From: Phoronis australis
Lineage: Eukaryota; Animalia; Phoronida
DNA length: 41,405 nucleotides
Direction of reading: 5' to 3'
Assembly: GCA_002633005.1 (NCBI GenBank)
Contig: NMRA01001194.1
Span: forward strand, 1-41,405
Shown here: piece after piece, positions 11,642 to 24,700 of the stretch
Layout of the letters: every line of letters begins with the position of its first letter
Position numbering within the stretch: position 1 is the first letter of the stretch
The notes under the pieces: generated by a model
Seen by the model: only the letters and a program-made list of their open reading frames with translations
Told to the model about the DNA's origin: nothing
The model's database searches: none
Made by a program: the position numbers and the translations under genes

Positions 11642-14600
11642 AAAATTCGAAGAAATTGCGAATACAAAGAGACTGCTGTAGGCGATCGATCAACTACAAT
11701 GATTTCTATTATTAGGCTAAGGAAATATTGTTTAGTACATTGTCAAACGAGAACTTTCATATTCATATGGCTTGGATGTCCACATGGTGGCCCAATAGAT
11801 TTTTCAACAGGCTTTAGATACGGGGGAAATGTTCGACTCACATGGCATATAGTTCGAGTTTGTCAAGATAAGAGTTGTAGCCCCCAAAGTGACCGAGTAA
11901 GGTCGCTGCGGACTATAAATAGGATAAGTTTATTCAGTTTGCGCTGCCTCCCGGCGCTGCCATTAGGCGAGTCCCACCCTGCATTTTATCAGGTCTAGCG
12001 CAGTATTGGATAAGCAATCTATAAACTAGATCCTCATACTTTTACCTTGGGAACCCATAGACTCTGCATCGAGCACGTTGACGACGACGGCGGCTGTCTA
12101 CGAATAGTTTGTGAAAGAAATATTATGCCTGGAGCATGACGGAGTTCAAATGGTGAAAAACATAGGCGGGGCCTAAACAATATTTTCAATGCACGAGACG
12201 CTTTTACATGTACAATAAAGAGAATTTTGATATCTTTTCAGCTCCAGTCTTAGAACCACTTTCGACAGCTTATCAAGCTACACGACAGGAGTTTTCAACA
12301 AAACATTGTTGGGTGTTAATCATGATATTGTATTTTACGGAAAGAAGTGTCTTTTGGTTTCTGATTAACGGTTTTGCAAACATAATGATATATAGACCCA
12401 GATGTCCCGCTTTTATCAGGAAGTCCTGCTTTTCAACCCAGTTGTCCCGTTTTTTCATTCTCGAACGTTGACCGTGATGCCAGATGTGATCAAAATAACA
12501 TTGTCTATTCGTTGTGAATATTATTTTCCAGAGTCCACTTTCTTTTAACATAACAATAGTAAAAGTGTTTGCCAACGTCTCTTGTTTACCGCGTTAGCAT
12601 ACACTATATGTACGAGGATCACGAGAAATAACCTTTTTTGTAAACTTCTATAGGGAAAGTCCTATACTGCAACCAATGTAATGATCTGTCCAGAGTGTGT
12701 TTCAAAGCTACACAGTAGATGTTTGCCGAATTTTTAACTATCAAAAATCCTTATCTGCAACTTTTGGATAGATGGAGTGCATGTAATTAGTTTATTGAAA
12801 GTATGTAATTGTTTCAAACGGCACCAGTGGTCCGATTATTATATAAAGACGTATAATTTTGGATAAATGCCTGACTAAATTCTTTGCAGCAACTAAAATC
12901 AACGGTCTTTCCAGGGTAAAAATCCTTTGAATAATTGAAAATATTTCTCTGGTGGTTTCACTAGTCATTTATATAACCTCTCTTGTTCATTTCCTTTTCA
13001 TGTCACTATTTAACAGTAACATTAAAATGAAATGTAAAACACCCTGTTATTTTTTCCATTTTGGTAACACTCTTGCTTTTGAAAATTAAAATAAATATAT
13101 TTTTAAACTTGTACACTGTAGGTATGCGAAATGGTGAATACCTACGAATTAAATTGTTTATCTTTTGCCACAGGTATAATCACACACAATCAAAAACTGA
13201 TAAAAGGCAATCTTATGCAATTTGGTTGAATACCGGCGGATTTGCAAAAAGGCTTATTGACGGTAAACTCCATAGCAAGAGCCAACACCGGCACTTCAGC
13301 AGCGCGAGATCAAAGTTGGAAGTCCGGGGCTAGAGTCCTATAACTTTAAGTAGCATAAGATTTAAAACAGATGTTTCACAGCTTTTTGGTTAGGTCTGTG
13401 TGATATTTCGAAGAAGGGGACCCGTAAACGTTTTCTTAGAAATGGATGAATTATGCGGCGGTATTTTGAGTTTTGGTCACACTAAATAATAAACGTGTAT
13501 GAAATGTTAACCATATCTGATAACAGAAACACAAAATATCCGGCGACTGATCGTCAATAAAATTATTATTCCACAAACGAAAATTTGTCCTTGTCCTGAT
13601 TACTTGAAGTTCTGAGGTGTGCATGTGCACGGGTCTTTTCTTAAAAAGTGTTTGCATTCCCTGTGATTGTATCACTTATAAATATTTAGATTGTGTGTAA
13701 TGTTTGTAATACACTATTGGACTGGTGGTCATGTGTGCACAAACATACAAGATATAGAATTGACGTGTTTCATTAGATGTCTTATTAGGCCCATGCTTGT
13801 GTTGTACTTCTACGCATAGTATCTAAGTTGGCTCAGCTGGAGACCCAGTGTCCGTAGTTGAAAAATTGGAATGACTGAGGGGACATGTCTAGTTATAAAC
13901 ATGTCATATTTGAGACAATTTGCGTTGATGCCGATCGAGTAGTGGACTGTAGTAATTTCACCTTAACCTATTCAATTAACGGTACCACTGTTTAGGTGTG
14001 ACACCCAATCTCAAAGTTTTTGTGAAGTTAAATTTAATAACCCCACTCTTATCATTTTCTAGCANNNNNNNNNNNNNNNNNNNNNNNNAAAATTCGAAGA
14101 AATTGCGAATACAAAGAGACTGCTGTAGGCGATCGATCAACTACAATGATCTCTATTATTAGGCTAAGGAAACATTGTTTAGTACATTGTCAAACGAGAA
14201 TTTTCATATTCATATGGCTTGGATGTCCACATGGTGGCCCAATAGATTTTTAAACAGGCTTTAGATACGGGGGAAATGTTCGACTCACACGGCATATAGT
14301 TCGAGTTTGTCAAGATAAGAGTTGTCATAGCCACCAAAGTGACCGAGTAAGGTCGCTGCGGACTATAAATAGGTTAAGTTTATTCAGTTTGCGCTGCCTC
14401 CCGGCGCTGCCATTAGGCGAGTCCCACCCTGCGTCTAAACAGGTCTAGCGCAGTATTGGATACACAATCTATAAACTAGATCCTCATACTTTTACCATGG
14501 GAACCCATAGACTCTGCATCGAGCACGTTGACGACGACAGCGGCTGTCTGCGAATAGTTTGTGAAAGAAATATTATGCCTGGAGCATGTCGGAGTTCAAA

Positions 14601-16979
14601 TGGTGAAAAACATAGGCGGGGCCTAAACAATATTTTCAATGCACGAGACGCTTTTACAATAAAGAGAATTTTGAGTTGTTAACGAGTACAAATTCACATC
14701 CTCCAAAGAATACGTCAGAAATACGGCAGGTTTTTACTTTGGCGTGGTTAAAGGATAATTAACTCACTACATTTATTTTCCAAGACATGCAGTTATTTAC
14801 GCGTTTCGCGCTACGCGCATGCACGTGAAATTTCTCCTACATCATAATTAGGCATATGTCTTGTACATGTACATGCAAAACGGTAGAGTGAAAACCATAG
14901 AGTAATGTTTTAATTCAGCAAGTCAATGAAATCTGATTTATTTCCGTTACAAAACCGTAGGCGTCGTTCACCAACCTGTGGCCCTGGGTGAATGACTGGG
15001 ATTAGTCTGACATCTGATATCTTTTCAGCTCCAGTCTTAGAACCACTTTCGACAGCTTATCAAACTACACGACAGGAGTTTTCAACAAAACATTATTGGG
15101 TGTTACAATCATGATATTGTATTTTACGGAAAGAAGTGTCTTTAATTGGTCTCTGAGTAACGGTTTTGCAAACATAATGATATGTATAGGCCCTAGTAGA
15201 GATTTGTTGACGTTATTTTCCAAAAATTACTTGTAACTGCGTTTTGATATAGACCCAGATGTCCCGCTTTTATCAGGAAGTCCTGCTTTTCAATCCAGTT
15301 GTCCCGTTTTTTCATTCTCGAACGTTGACCCTGATGCCAGATGTGATCAAAATAACATTGTCTATTCGTTGTGAATATTATATTCGAGAGTCCACATTCT
15401 TTTAACATAACAATAGTAAAAGTGTTTGCCAATGTCTCTTGTTTACCGCGTTAGCATACACTATATGTACGAGGATCACTAATTTCAATTTCTGAAGAAA
15501 TAACCTTTTTTGTAAACTTCTATCGGGAAAGTCCTATACTGCAACCAATGTAATTATCTGTCCAGAGTGTGTTTCAAAGCTACACAGTAGATGTTTGCCG
15601 ATTTTTTATCTATCAAAAAATCCTTATCTGCAACTATTGGATAGATGGAGTACATGTAATTAGTTTATAACATTTTAGTAAATATCAATGCATCCAGAAT
15701 TTTATTGAAGTATGTAATTGTTTCAAACGGCACCAGTGGTCCAATTAGTATATAAAGACGTATAATTTTGGATAAATGCCTGACTAAATTCTTAACAGCA
15801 ACTAAAATCAACGGTCTTTCTAGGGTAAAAATCCTTTGGATAATTGAAAATATTTCTCTTCTGGTTTCACTAGTCATTTATATAACCTCTCTTGTTCATT
15901 TCCTTTTCATGTCACTATTAAACAGTAACATTAAAAGGAAATGTAATACACCCTGTCATTTTTTTCCATTTTGGTAACACTCTTGCTTTTGAAAATTAAA
16001 AAAAAATGTTTAAACTTGTACACTGTAGGTATGCGAAATGGTAAATACCTATGAATTAAATTGTTTATCTTTTGCCTCTGGTATAATCACACACCATCAA
16101 AAACTGATAAAAGGCAATCTTATGCAATTTGGTTGAATACCGGCGGATTTGCAAAAAGGCTTATTGACGGTAAACTCCATAGCAAGAGCCAACACCGGCA
16201 CTTCAGCAGCGCGAGATTAAAGTTGGAAGTCCGGGGCTAGAGTCCTATAACCTTAAGGAGCATAAGATTTAAAACAGATGTTTCACAGCTTTTTTGGTTA
16301 GGTCTGTGTGATATTTCGAAGAAGGGAACCCGTAAACGTTTTCTTAGAAATGGATGAATTATGCGGCGGTATTTTGAGTTTTGGTCACACTAAATAATAA
16401 ACGTGTATGAAATGTTAGCCATATCTGCTAACAGAAACACAAAATATCCGGCGACTGATCGTCAATAAAATTATTATTCCACAAACGAAAATTTGTACGT
16501 GTCCTGATTACTTGAAGTTCTGAGGTGTGCATGTGCACGGGTCTTTCCTTAAAAAGTTAACAGTGTTTGCATTCCCTGTGATTGTATCACTTATAAATAT
16601 TTAGATTGTGTGTAATGTTTGTAATACACTATTGGACCGGTGGTCATTTGTGCACAAGCATACAAGATATAGAATTGACGTGTTTCATTAGATGTCTTAT
16701 TAGGCCAATGCTTGTGTTGTACTTCTACGCATAGTATCTAAGTTGGCTCAGCTGGAGACCCAGTGTCCTTAGTTGAAATATTGGAATGACTGAGGGGACA
16801 TGTCTAGTTATAAACATGTCATATTTGAGACAATTTGCGTTGATGCCGATCGAGTAGTGGACTGTAGTAATTTCACCTTAACCTATTCAATTAACGGTAC
16901 CACTGTTTAGGTGTGACACCCAATCTCAAAGTTTTTGTGAAGTTAAATTTAATAACCCCACTCTTATCATTTTCTAGCA
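11642..16979 (+). repeat. Near-identical duplication flanking an assembly gap (11642-14064 vs 14089-16979)
   Basis: Both copies run from AAAATTCGAAGAAATTGCG to ATCATTTTCTAGCA. Copy 2 has extra segments at ~14675-15017, ~15181-15247 and ~15667-15700. Confidence 0.95.
14065..14088. other. Assembly gap (24 N)
   Basis: Run of n characters. Confidence 1.
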
Positions 16980-16980
16980 T

Positions 16981-17133
16981 ATTCATGGGCGCCGCAGAGC
17001 TGAAAAAGTGGGGGGGCTAAGCCCATTCAGCTCCCCCCCCCTGTGTTGCACCGCCTATAGACCATTTGCGGAGTAGCACTGAAAGAGTGGGGGCTATAGC
17101 CTCCCAGCCCCCTATGGTGCGCCGCCCATGAAT
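16981..17133. mobile_element. Small non-autonomous DNA-transposon-like element
   Basis: Inverted termini ATTCATGGGCG / CGCCCATGAAT enclose two GC-rich GGGGGCTA..GCC..CCC hairpin units. Confidence 0.55.
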
Positions 17134-17452
17134 TGATTTCAGTTGTTAGGAGGCACAATTAACTCGGTTATTTATGCTATAACAATTCATTTATATTGCT
17201 TCATCAGTAGTGATGAAGATCAGGGTAGATATTCGAATCGTTCAGTGGCAGGAAGGTATTGCAGGTATAACTGAAAAAGTCATTTTAGTGGACTGGTCAT
17301 ATGTACTATAACCACGACTACCACTTCCACCCAGGCCTCCTCGTGTAGACAAATTCACGCAGACAGGAAGCGCGTTGCAAAACGAGGCTCACTGCGATAG
17401 CTCCGTTGATGACTTAACGATATAGTTGTGTCATGTTACGCGTTGCTCGAAT

Positions 17453-19968
17453 GGCGATAGAAAAAATACGGACACTTAACTGTCTTTTTTACAATACCTA
17501 AGGACGCTGAGATTTGGAAGCGTTGGGTCGTTGCCAAACGCCGCGACGAAGGAAAATATTTCCGTGTAAAATTGATAAATGTTTTGGAAAAAATAGATCA
17601 TATTTGTCGCATCTCGGTTGCCGAGCATCATAGCAACGTCCGGTGATTCCTCGGACAGCCAGGCTGTGTTTTCATGACTACAGCTTGAAAGATCATGCAT
17701 TTTTCTTTCCAAAAAGGACAGGGCCCTCAATCCCTCAAATTTGGGGCCGAATATCGGCTCTATCCCCTTCTCAAAAATATTGAAACAATTCCTGACGAGG
17801 CCAAAAATTCCAGTTGATTAAGTGACTGAAAAAATCTCTCGAACTTCAAATCTCCTCCAACCACACAGGAGACAATTTGAAAGAGCACAACATGCTACTT
17901 GAGGCAGAGCCTATGAAAACTTGCAACAGGGCGGCTGCTATTGATGGTGTTCGAGAGGTAGATTTTCCCTCACTCGGCGAAAAAAAGTCCTCTCAGAAGG
18001 CACAGGCACCTTTCCCCTCGGATAAACGAGGATCTTGAAGAAACATGATAACTATGCTTGCTCTTTCCAGTTAACTGAAATAGAGTTCTAAAACGAAATC
18101 GAGTATTTTTTTCAGGTTATGCTTTGGACGAACGAATTAGGGGGTTTAATTTCAAAATTCAACTTGGTCCATATTGATATTTGAAACCTAACACAGGAAA
18201 TAGATGTAAGAGTTATTAAAACCAAGAAAGCAGAATTGATGGTGAAATAAGTTTTAGTTTCAGTTACAAGCCTGGTTGTTTATTTTAATAAAAGCATATT
18301 TAAGAACATCAATCGTTCTCGCAGATCAATGGCAAATCAAGTGTTAGTCCCGGTAGTCCCTACCCCTCTACCAGGACCTAGGCTAAGATTGATGTCAATA
18401 TCCTTGATCAAAAAAATTAAACCAGGTGAGAGTTGCACATGACAGGAAAACGGGATGAGCCACCATTGTCGAATATACCTTCAACTCGTCAAAAAACGAC
18501 CAGATGACCGGGTTCATGTAGAAAGAACTTTTTGTGAACAATTTACAAGAAGAAATGAAACCCTGCATTCAGCATTTAGGCCTAACAAGGGGCCACCATT
18601 TTGAAGAAGAGTGCAGGTACAGCCGAGAAAGTGGCCTTTTTTATTCTCAGTAAATACAAACAAATCACTTGGCCTACATACATGCACAATACCTAACTAA
18701 AAATTCTCCCAAGACTGGCCTATCCCTAGATTGTAATATTTTGGGAGTCCAAGTTGGATGCGCCGCAGCCTAACCGTTCAGTGCAACTTTATCGGCACAA
18801 TTGTGTTCCGCGGCGATAGAAAAAATACGGACTCAACTGTCTTTTTACAAAACCTAAGGACATTGATATTCGGAAGCGTTGGGTTGTTGCCATACGTCGT
18901 GACAAAGGGAAATGTTTCCGTGGAAAATTTACAAATGTTTTGGAAAACGGTTTGATCATATTTTGTCGCATCTCGGTTGCCGAGCATCATCATATCAACG
19001 ATCAGTGATTCTTTGGCCCGCCAGCCTGTGTTTTCATGACTACTTGTTGAAACATGATGCATTTTCTTTCCAAAAAGGACAGGAACCTCAATTTCTCGAT
19101 TTGGGGCCGGATATCGGCCCTATTGGCCTCTCAAAAATATTGAAAAAATTCCCCCAAGAGGCCTAAAAATTCCACTAACGTGATTGGAATTTTCCCCCGA
19201 ACTTCAAATCAACTGCAACCACACAGGTGACAATTTCAAAGAGCCCAAAAGGCTACTTGAGACAGATCCTATGAGAACTTGCAACAAGGCTGGGTGCTAT
19301 TGATGGTGATCGGGAGGTAGATTTTCCCCATCACTCGGCGAAAAAATCCCCTCTTAGAAGGCAGAGGCACCTTTCACTCGGATGAGCGAAGACTCTGAAG
19401 AAACATGATAACTATGCTTGCTCTGTCCAGTTCACTGAAGTTGAGCTCTAAAACGAAATGGATTGATTTTTGAGGTTTTGCTTTGGACGAACGAATTAGA
19501 TAGTTTAATTTTAAAATTCAACATGGTCCAGACTGATATTTGAAACCTAACACAGGAAATAGACGTAAGAATTATTAAAACCAATAAAGCAGAATTGATG
19601 GTCAAATAATTCTCAGTTTCAATTACAAGCCTGGTTTTTTAGTTTAATAAAAATATATTTAAGAACATCAATCGTTCTTGCAGATCAATCAGAAATCAAC
19701 TGTTGGTCTCAGGTAGTCCCTACTTCACTACCAGGACCTACATGTAGGCTATGCTTGATGTCAATATCCTTGGTCAAAAAATTAAACCAGAGGAGACTTG
19801 CACATGACAGCAAAACTGGATGAGCCACCATTGTCGAATATACATTCAACTCGTCAAAATACGACCAGATGACCTGGTTCTTGTAGAAAGTATTTTTATC
19901 AACAATTTACAAGAAGAAATGTAACCCTGCATTCAGCATTTAGGCCTAATCCGTAACACTATCGCCGC
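17453..19968 (+). repeat. Two diverged direct copies of a ~1.14 kb unit (17453-18585 and 18812-19949)
   Basis: Colinear from GGCGATAGAAAAAATACGGAC to GCATTCAGCATTTAGGCCTAA with many substitutions. Copy 2 is bracketed by the inverted 10-mers GCGGCGATAG (18810) and CTATCGCCGC (19959). Confidence 0.85.
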
Positions 19969-20941
19969 AATTAGGTCATATTGACTTTTCATGTTTCGTG
20001 TCTAGTTTTCAGAAAAACCATATACCCATTAGTCAGACAACTCTTTGGTGCATTGACTTGTCCTCTAATGTATTTTTTCTACGTCTCTGTGGTTAATTAT
20101 CGACACATTTTTAAGATTTAATGTCCAGGTTGGACTCGAAAGACGAGCCATTTAGCTCCCGCAATATCAACTTCCGCTATGTTTATCGCAGTGAGCTTGG
20201 CTTTGAATTAGATGTACAGGTCTTCCGCTAGTCACTTGCTGAATGCACTTGGAACCAACTTTATTTTCATTTCTTTCAATTTAGTACAGATCGTATTTTT
20301 GCACATTAATTATGAAGCCATTTGTTAAGAAAATACGAGTCCGCTTTGACCGAATCCATTTTGCCAGTTTTTAACCGGAGGGAAGAGCTCTGGGAAATTT
20401 ATCTCTTCTGAAATAGTGTTTATTTGGCTAAAATTATCATTTTGGATATAGACCATCACGACCAATAATGCCATATTTTGTAACCAATTTTTGAATTATA
20501 CCTTTCCCCCCGAACAAAATTGCAAATTTATAGACACGAAAGAAATACAAAATTTGCTGGTGTAGCCCAATAGATAACAATTTTCAAAGATCACCGAGTA
20601 TAAATAATGCGTCAAAGCGAGCCTAAATGTTCACAAGTAGTGTTTGCAAGTTTTGTTGTCAGTTTGTATTGTTTAGAACGTAAATGCAAATGACAAGCAA
20701 TGATCACTTACAGAGATCCTAGATTTTGAGAATCAGTTTGATCCTCGTTATTCACCAGCAAACACTAGATCATTAAACGTTACTAAGTTGATCTCAAGAT
20801 ACGGGCATTTATTGGTCAATAGATACAACCTAAGATCGGGACAACCAATCACAGCGCCAGTCATCCTCCGTTATTATGAGAGCGAAAAGTTGTCAGATAT
20901 TGTTGCTCGTTTTCCCATGGTTTATGGTATTATAATAGGGA

Positions 20942-21115
20942 ATGCCGAGGCGTTGCGTTCGTGGTGGTTGTGACAACTTGGTATTTGACCACGATGTGGC
21001 TGTTTTCACTTTCTCGCCGGACAACGGAGATGCGCGGATATGGCACATGTTTGTACAAGGAATTCGAGTGTTGGTGGAAAAAATATACTGGAGCTGGTTA
21101 TGTTCGTACGTCACA
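20942..21115 (+). pseudogene. Degenerate THAP zinc-finger ORF start (P-element-like or THAP-gene remnant)
   Basis: MPRRCVRGGCDN...VFTFSPD...RIWHMFVQGIR...WLCSYV follows the THAP pattern MxxxC-x4-C-xN...FP...W...LCSxHF. The final His/Phe is missing. Confidence 0.55.
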
Positions 21116-21342
21116 GTTATGTCCGTGGAGCTAAGAAACTTTCAATTGAAGTCGTCTTTCTTCTATTTTTCGTTTATGGGATATTGAATTCACGATTCTG
21201 ATATGCAGTGTTATAAAGGAAGGTTTTATGATGTTCGCAATGTAGTCCCTTGTCACAGCAAGACAAACGGTCGTTTTGAGCACTTTACGCCAGTTTATTT
21301 CCTTTTTTGTTATTGCAGGACACTTCCTAGATTTCAGAGACC

Positions 21343-21793
21343 ATGGCCTTCCTAGACGACATGATATACGACTACGTCTTTTTGTTTCATGAAGATGACA
21401 GAGAAGCGGCCTTGGCTTATCTAACAGAACTCCTAAGTCGGGAAATAAACGGCTGTCTTTACGACGACCCTACTGCAGCACCTGATTACACGGTATACAC
21501 GGTGGAAAGTATTTTGTACCTACTCAAGCATAGCCATGTATATTTGATATACATGAGCGAGTCATTTTGCGAAGGCATGAACGGACAATTAAAGCTTGCT
21601 CTCTACGTTGCTCTGGAGAAGATTTTGCAAGGTGAAGAAGGTTTATCCAGAAAAAAGTTGATTCCTTACTACCCCACAACTAAAAGAGAACTCCAGTGCA
21701 ATTTGGGACCTTTGGCGCCAATAGCCGGACTAGAACGTCTGAGCCCCTATTATGAGGATCATCTAACCAAGTCTTTTCCCAAGCACAAAAAAG
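21343..21793 (+). CDS. Coding exon 1: divergent TIR domain
   Basis: YDYVFLFHEDDREAA (box 1-like), INGCLYDD..AP (betaB/BB loop), ILYLLKHSHVYLIYMSESF (alphaB-betaC), RKKLIPYY (betaD). Acceptor TTGCAG at 21318; strong phase-1 donor AAG|GTAAGA at 21793/4, 11 nt before the ORF's stop codon. Confidence 0.75.
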
Positions 21794-24700
21794 GTAAGAG
21801 AGCGTGATAACTCATCAAGCACCCATGAAATTGTACCCTATCGTTTTGACGGTGAAAACCGATTATAAATCCCGAGCACATATTAAAATTTCTTTTAATT
21901 ATCGACTCCATCTTCAGAATAGTTGATGATAACAACGAATGTGTTTTCATTTCATGTCTTCGAACTTTTATCTTGTTTCGATATTTATGGGCCCTCTTTG
22001 AAAAACATTGTTTTGGTTCTTGTTTTGATATGGACCTCTTTTGTTTTCTTTTTGTTTTATTTTGTGATAGCGACATTTCGTAACCCTAGTTACACAGAAT
22101 GACACTACTTACCCAGTGGTATTCATCGACTGACTGGGAAGGAAGATTCACCGCCTCTAGCTTGCCTTGCAGTGTAATCCAGATTGGAGTTTACGATTTC
22201 GAATTGGTTGAATAAATTAGTAATGCGTGGGACTATAAAAGCTCTCTTGGAGGGAGCCTTACACGAAGGAACTTGTTAGGTCTCCCCCACTATGATTTTA
22301 AGTGATATACAATGTATAGCCTTTTGTATTTGGAGACTCTGTGATCAGCAATGTGGATAATTGATGAATTGTGAGATAAAGCAAGTAATTGCCGCCAGAC
22401 CAGGTTCATTCGGTACAATTCGTCATTTTCCGTAAAAGTTTAATATGTTCATTTTCTTAGTAGAGCAGTAATGCATACGATAACATCACACAGAAATGGA
22501 CGAACTTAGTATCGAGCGAGCGTGGTCAGACCATAATTATTCTTAAGATTCCTATTTCTTTAGGACATGTGCCAATGGGCCCTACAAGCCAACCTAGTGG
22601 CAAACCTAAGTCCATTGACCCTCCAGCAGCCAATGCGCCCGGTGGCGATACGCCTGACTCTAAACCCGACAGCCCCAGTGAGTTAACATTTTACATTCTT
22701 TTATATGCAAAATGGGTCTACTCAACCGCTGTTCATTAATGGACCTGTGCCCAGGGACAAGGATTAACTTTTTATTGAATGTTGACTTGTTATCGTGTGA
22801 TTTACAGTTTAAATGTCAAGAATGGTAGCTTTGTAACTAAGGCAATGAAAACTAAGATGATCTGAATTCTTTTACTTACAACCACCGTTTGAAACAAACT
22901 ACTAAGCTGTGATTAAGCAATGATGTATTTGGTGCAAAATATCAACATGTTTTGTATACCAATGCTGGGCACGGGCAGCTGGGATTTATAATGAAAGCTA
23001 TGCGTGAAATTAGAACATGCAAACCGAGAAGAGAGAACGTTGTTAATTTTAATATGTTCATTTTCTTAGTAGAGTAGTAATGCATAAGATAACATCACAC
23101 AGAAATGGACGAACTTTGTATCGAGCGAGCTTGGTGAGACCATAATTATTATTAGGAGTCATATTTCTTTAGGACATGTGCCAATGGGCCCTACGAGCCA
23201 ACCTAGAGGCAAACCTAAGTCCATTGACCCTCCAGTAGCCAATGCGCCCGGTGGCGATACGCCTGACTCTAAACCCGACAGCAGCAGTGAGTTAACATTT
23301 TACATTCTTTTATATGCAAAATGGGTCTACTCAACCGCTGTTCATTAATAGACCTGTTCCCAGGGACAAGGACTAACTTTTTATTGAATGTTGACTTGTT
23401 ATAGTGTGGTTTATAGTTTAAATGTCAAGCATTGTAGCTTTGTAACTAAGGCAAGGAAAACTAAGAAGATCTGAATTCTTTTACTTACAAGCACCGTTTG
23501 AAACAAATATCTAAGCTGTGTCTAAGCAATGATGTATTTGGTGCAAATATCAACACGTTTTGTATACCAATGCTGGGCACGGGGAGCTGTGATTTATAAT
23601 GAAAGATATGTGTGAAATTAGAGCATACAGCCCAAGAAGAGAGAACGTTGTTAATTAGTGACATCGACCGTGCTGGTGTTAAGAAAAGAAGGCCTGCTAC
23701 CTTACGTATATGTAGACTTTGTTAAGTATACAGCTTTACTATTGTTATTGGTTATAATTCATATTACGTGTAAATCATTAAATCACGTGAAAAACTATAA
23801 CGCGGTCAGTATGTATCTTTTAAGGATATTTGGGACTTTATCAACAAGTCTGTGTTTTCAGCTACGGTTCTGCAAAATCCCTGGATAAAAGTATAATTAT
23901 ATTTTCTCAAAGTGGAAAGTCTGTGAAACTTGTTTAATCCAAACTCCTTGACTGGCTCACGTGACCATTCTCTGGTAGAATTCTTCCAAAAAGTAGGTAA
24001 ATTCATAGGAAAATATAGGTAAATACATCAGTTGCATGATCAAATTTCTTTTGATACAAATATTGAAGATCAAATCTCAAAAACACTGTTAATGTTTTTG
24101 AATTATCCTTTAGTTTTCGTTTTGTGCAAATTTTGTTCATTTTTTCATGAAAATTCTAAAAATTAGAATTCTTGACAACCTCTAATGCCAGAGTGACAAA
24201 CCATTCTTAGCTGCGTTTTAGTAGACAACATTGTATAGAGTGTAATATCTGGTAGTTTCACTTAGTTTAACTGCCGTTTCTGAAACAGGCCTTTGGTGTA
24301 CCGAAGTTAACTAAATTTGGACATTTTTCTAAGGTAAACGTTGAACGTCGATTCTTGTTATAATTGGTGACCTAACTCCTTGTACAATGTGTTACGTTTC
24401 TAGGAAAAGACAACGAGCCGGACCCTGAAGGTGACCCACCGAAGATAACGGTAAAATTAACTGAAATAATATGATGTGATTAATGCAATATTAACAAGTG
24501 ATCGATTTCAAAAGTAAAAGATAGAAATTTAGAGCGTAAATTCAACTTAACCTAATTTCCGAGTCATGCGAAACGATCCCGAAATCGCGCCCACGGAAGT
24601 TTTTATCAAACATATTTCCGAAAGCACCTCGTGGGTTCTTCATGATTCCCATGGCTGAAGAAAGAACAGACTGTCGGAGCTTTGTGAGACGAAAGATTAC

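Larger units (their letters stand above)
22439..23656 (+). repeat. Tandem duplication with 609-bp period, each unit containing one coding exon
   Basis: Units start TTTAATATGTTCATTTTCTTAG at ~22439 and ~23048 and end GAGAACGTTGTTAATT. Confidence 0.92.

Noticed and set aside
12208-15977. Paired similar ORFs suggesting a small gene family
   Set aside because: They arise from the gap-flanking duplication, and their frames are not conserved between copies.
17207-17246. Second hammerhead-like string (GTGATGAAGATC...CGAATCGTT)
   Set aside because: Both core boxes are mutated and no PLE coding remnant is adjacent.
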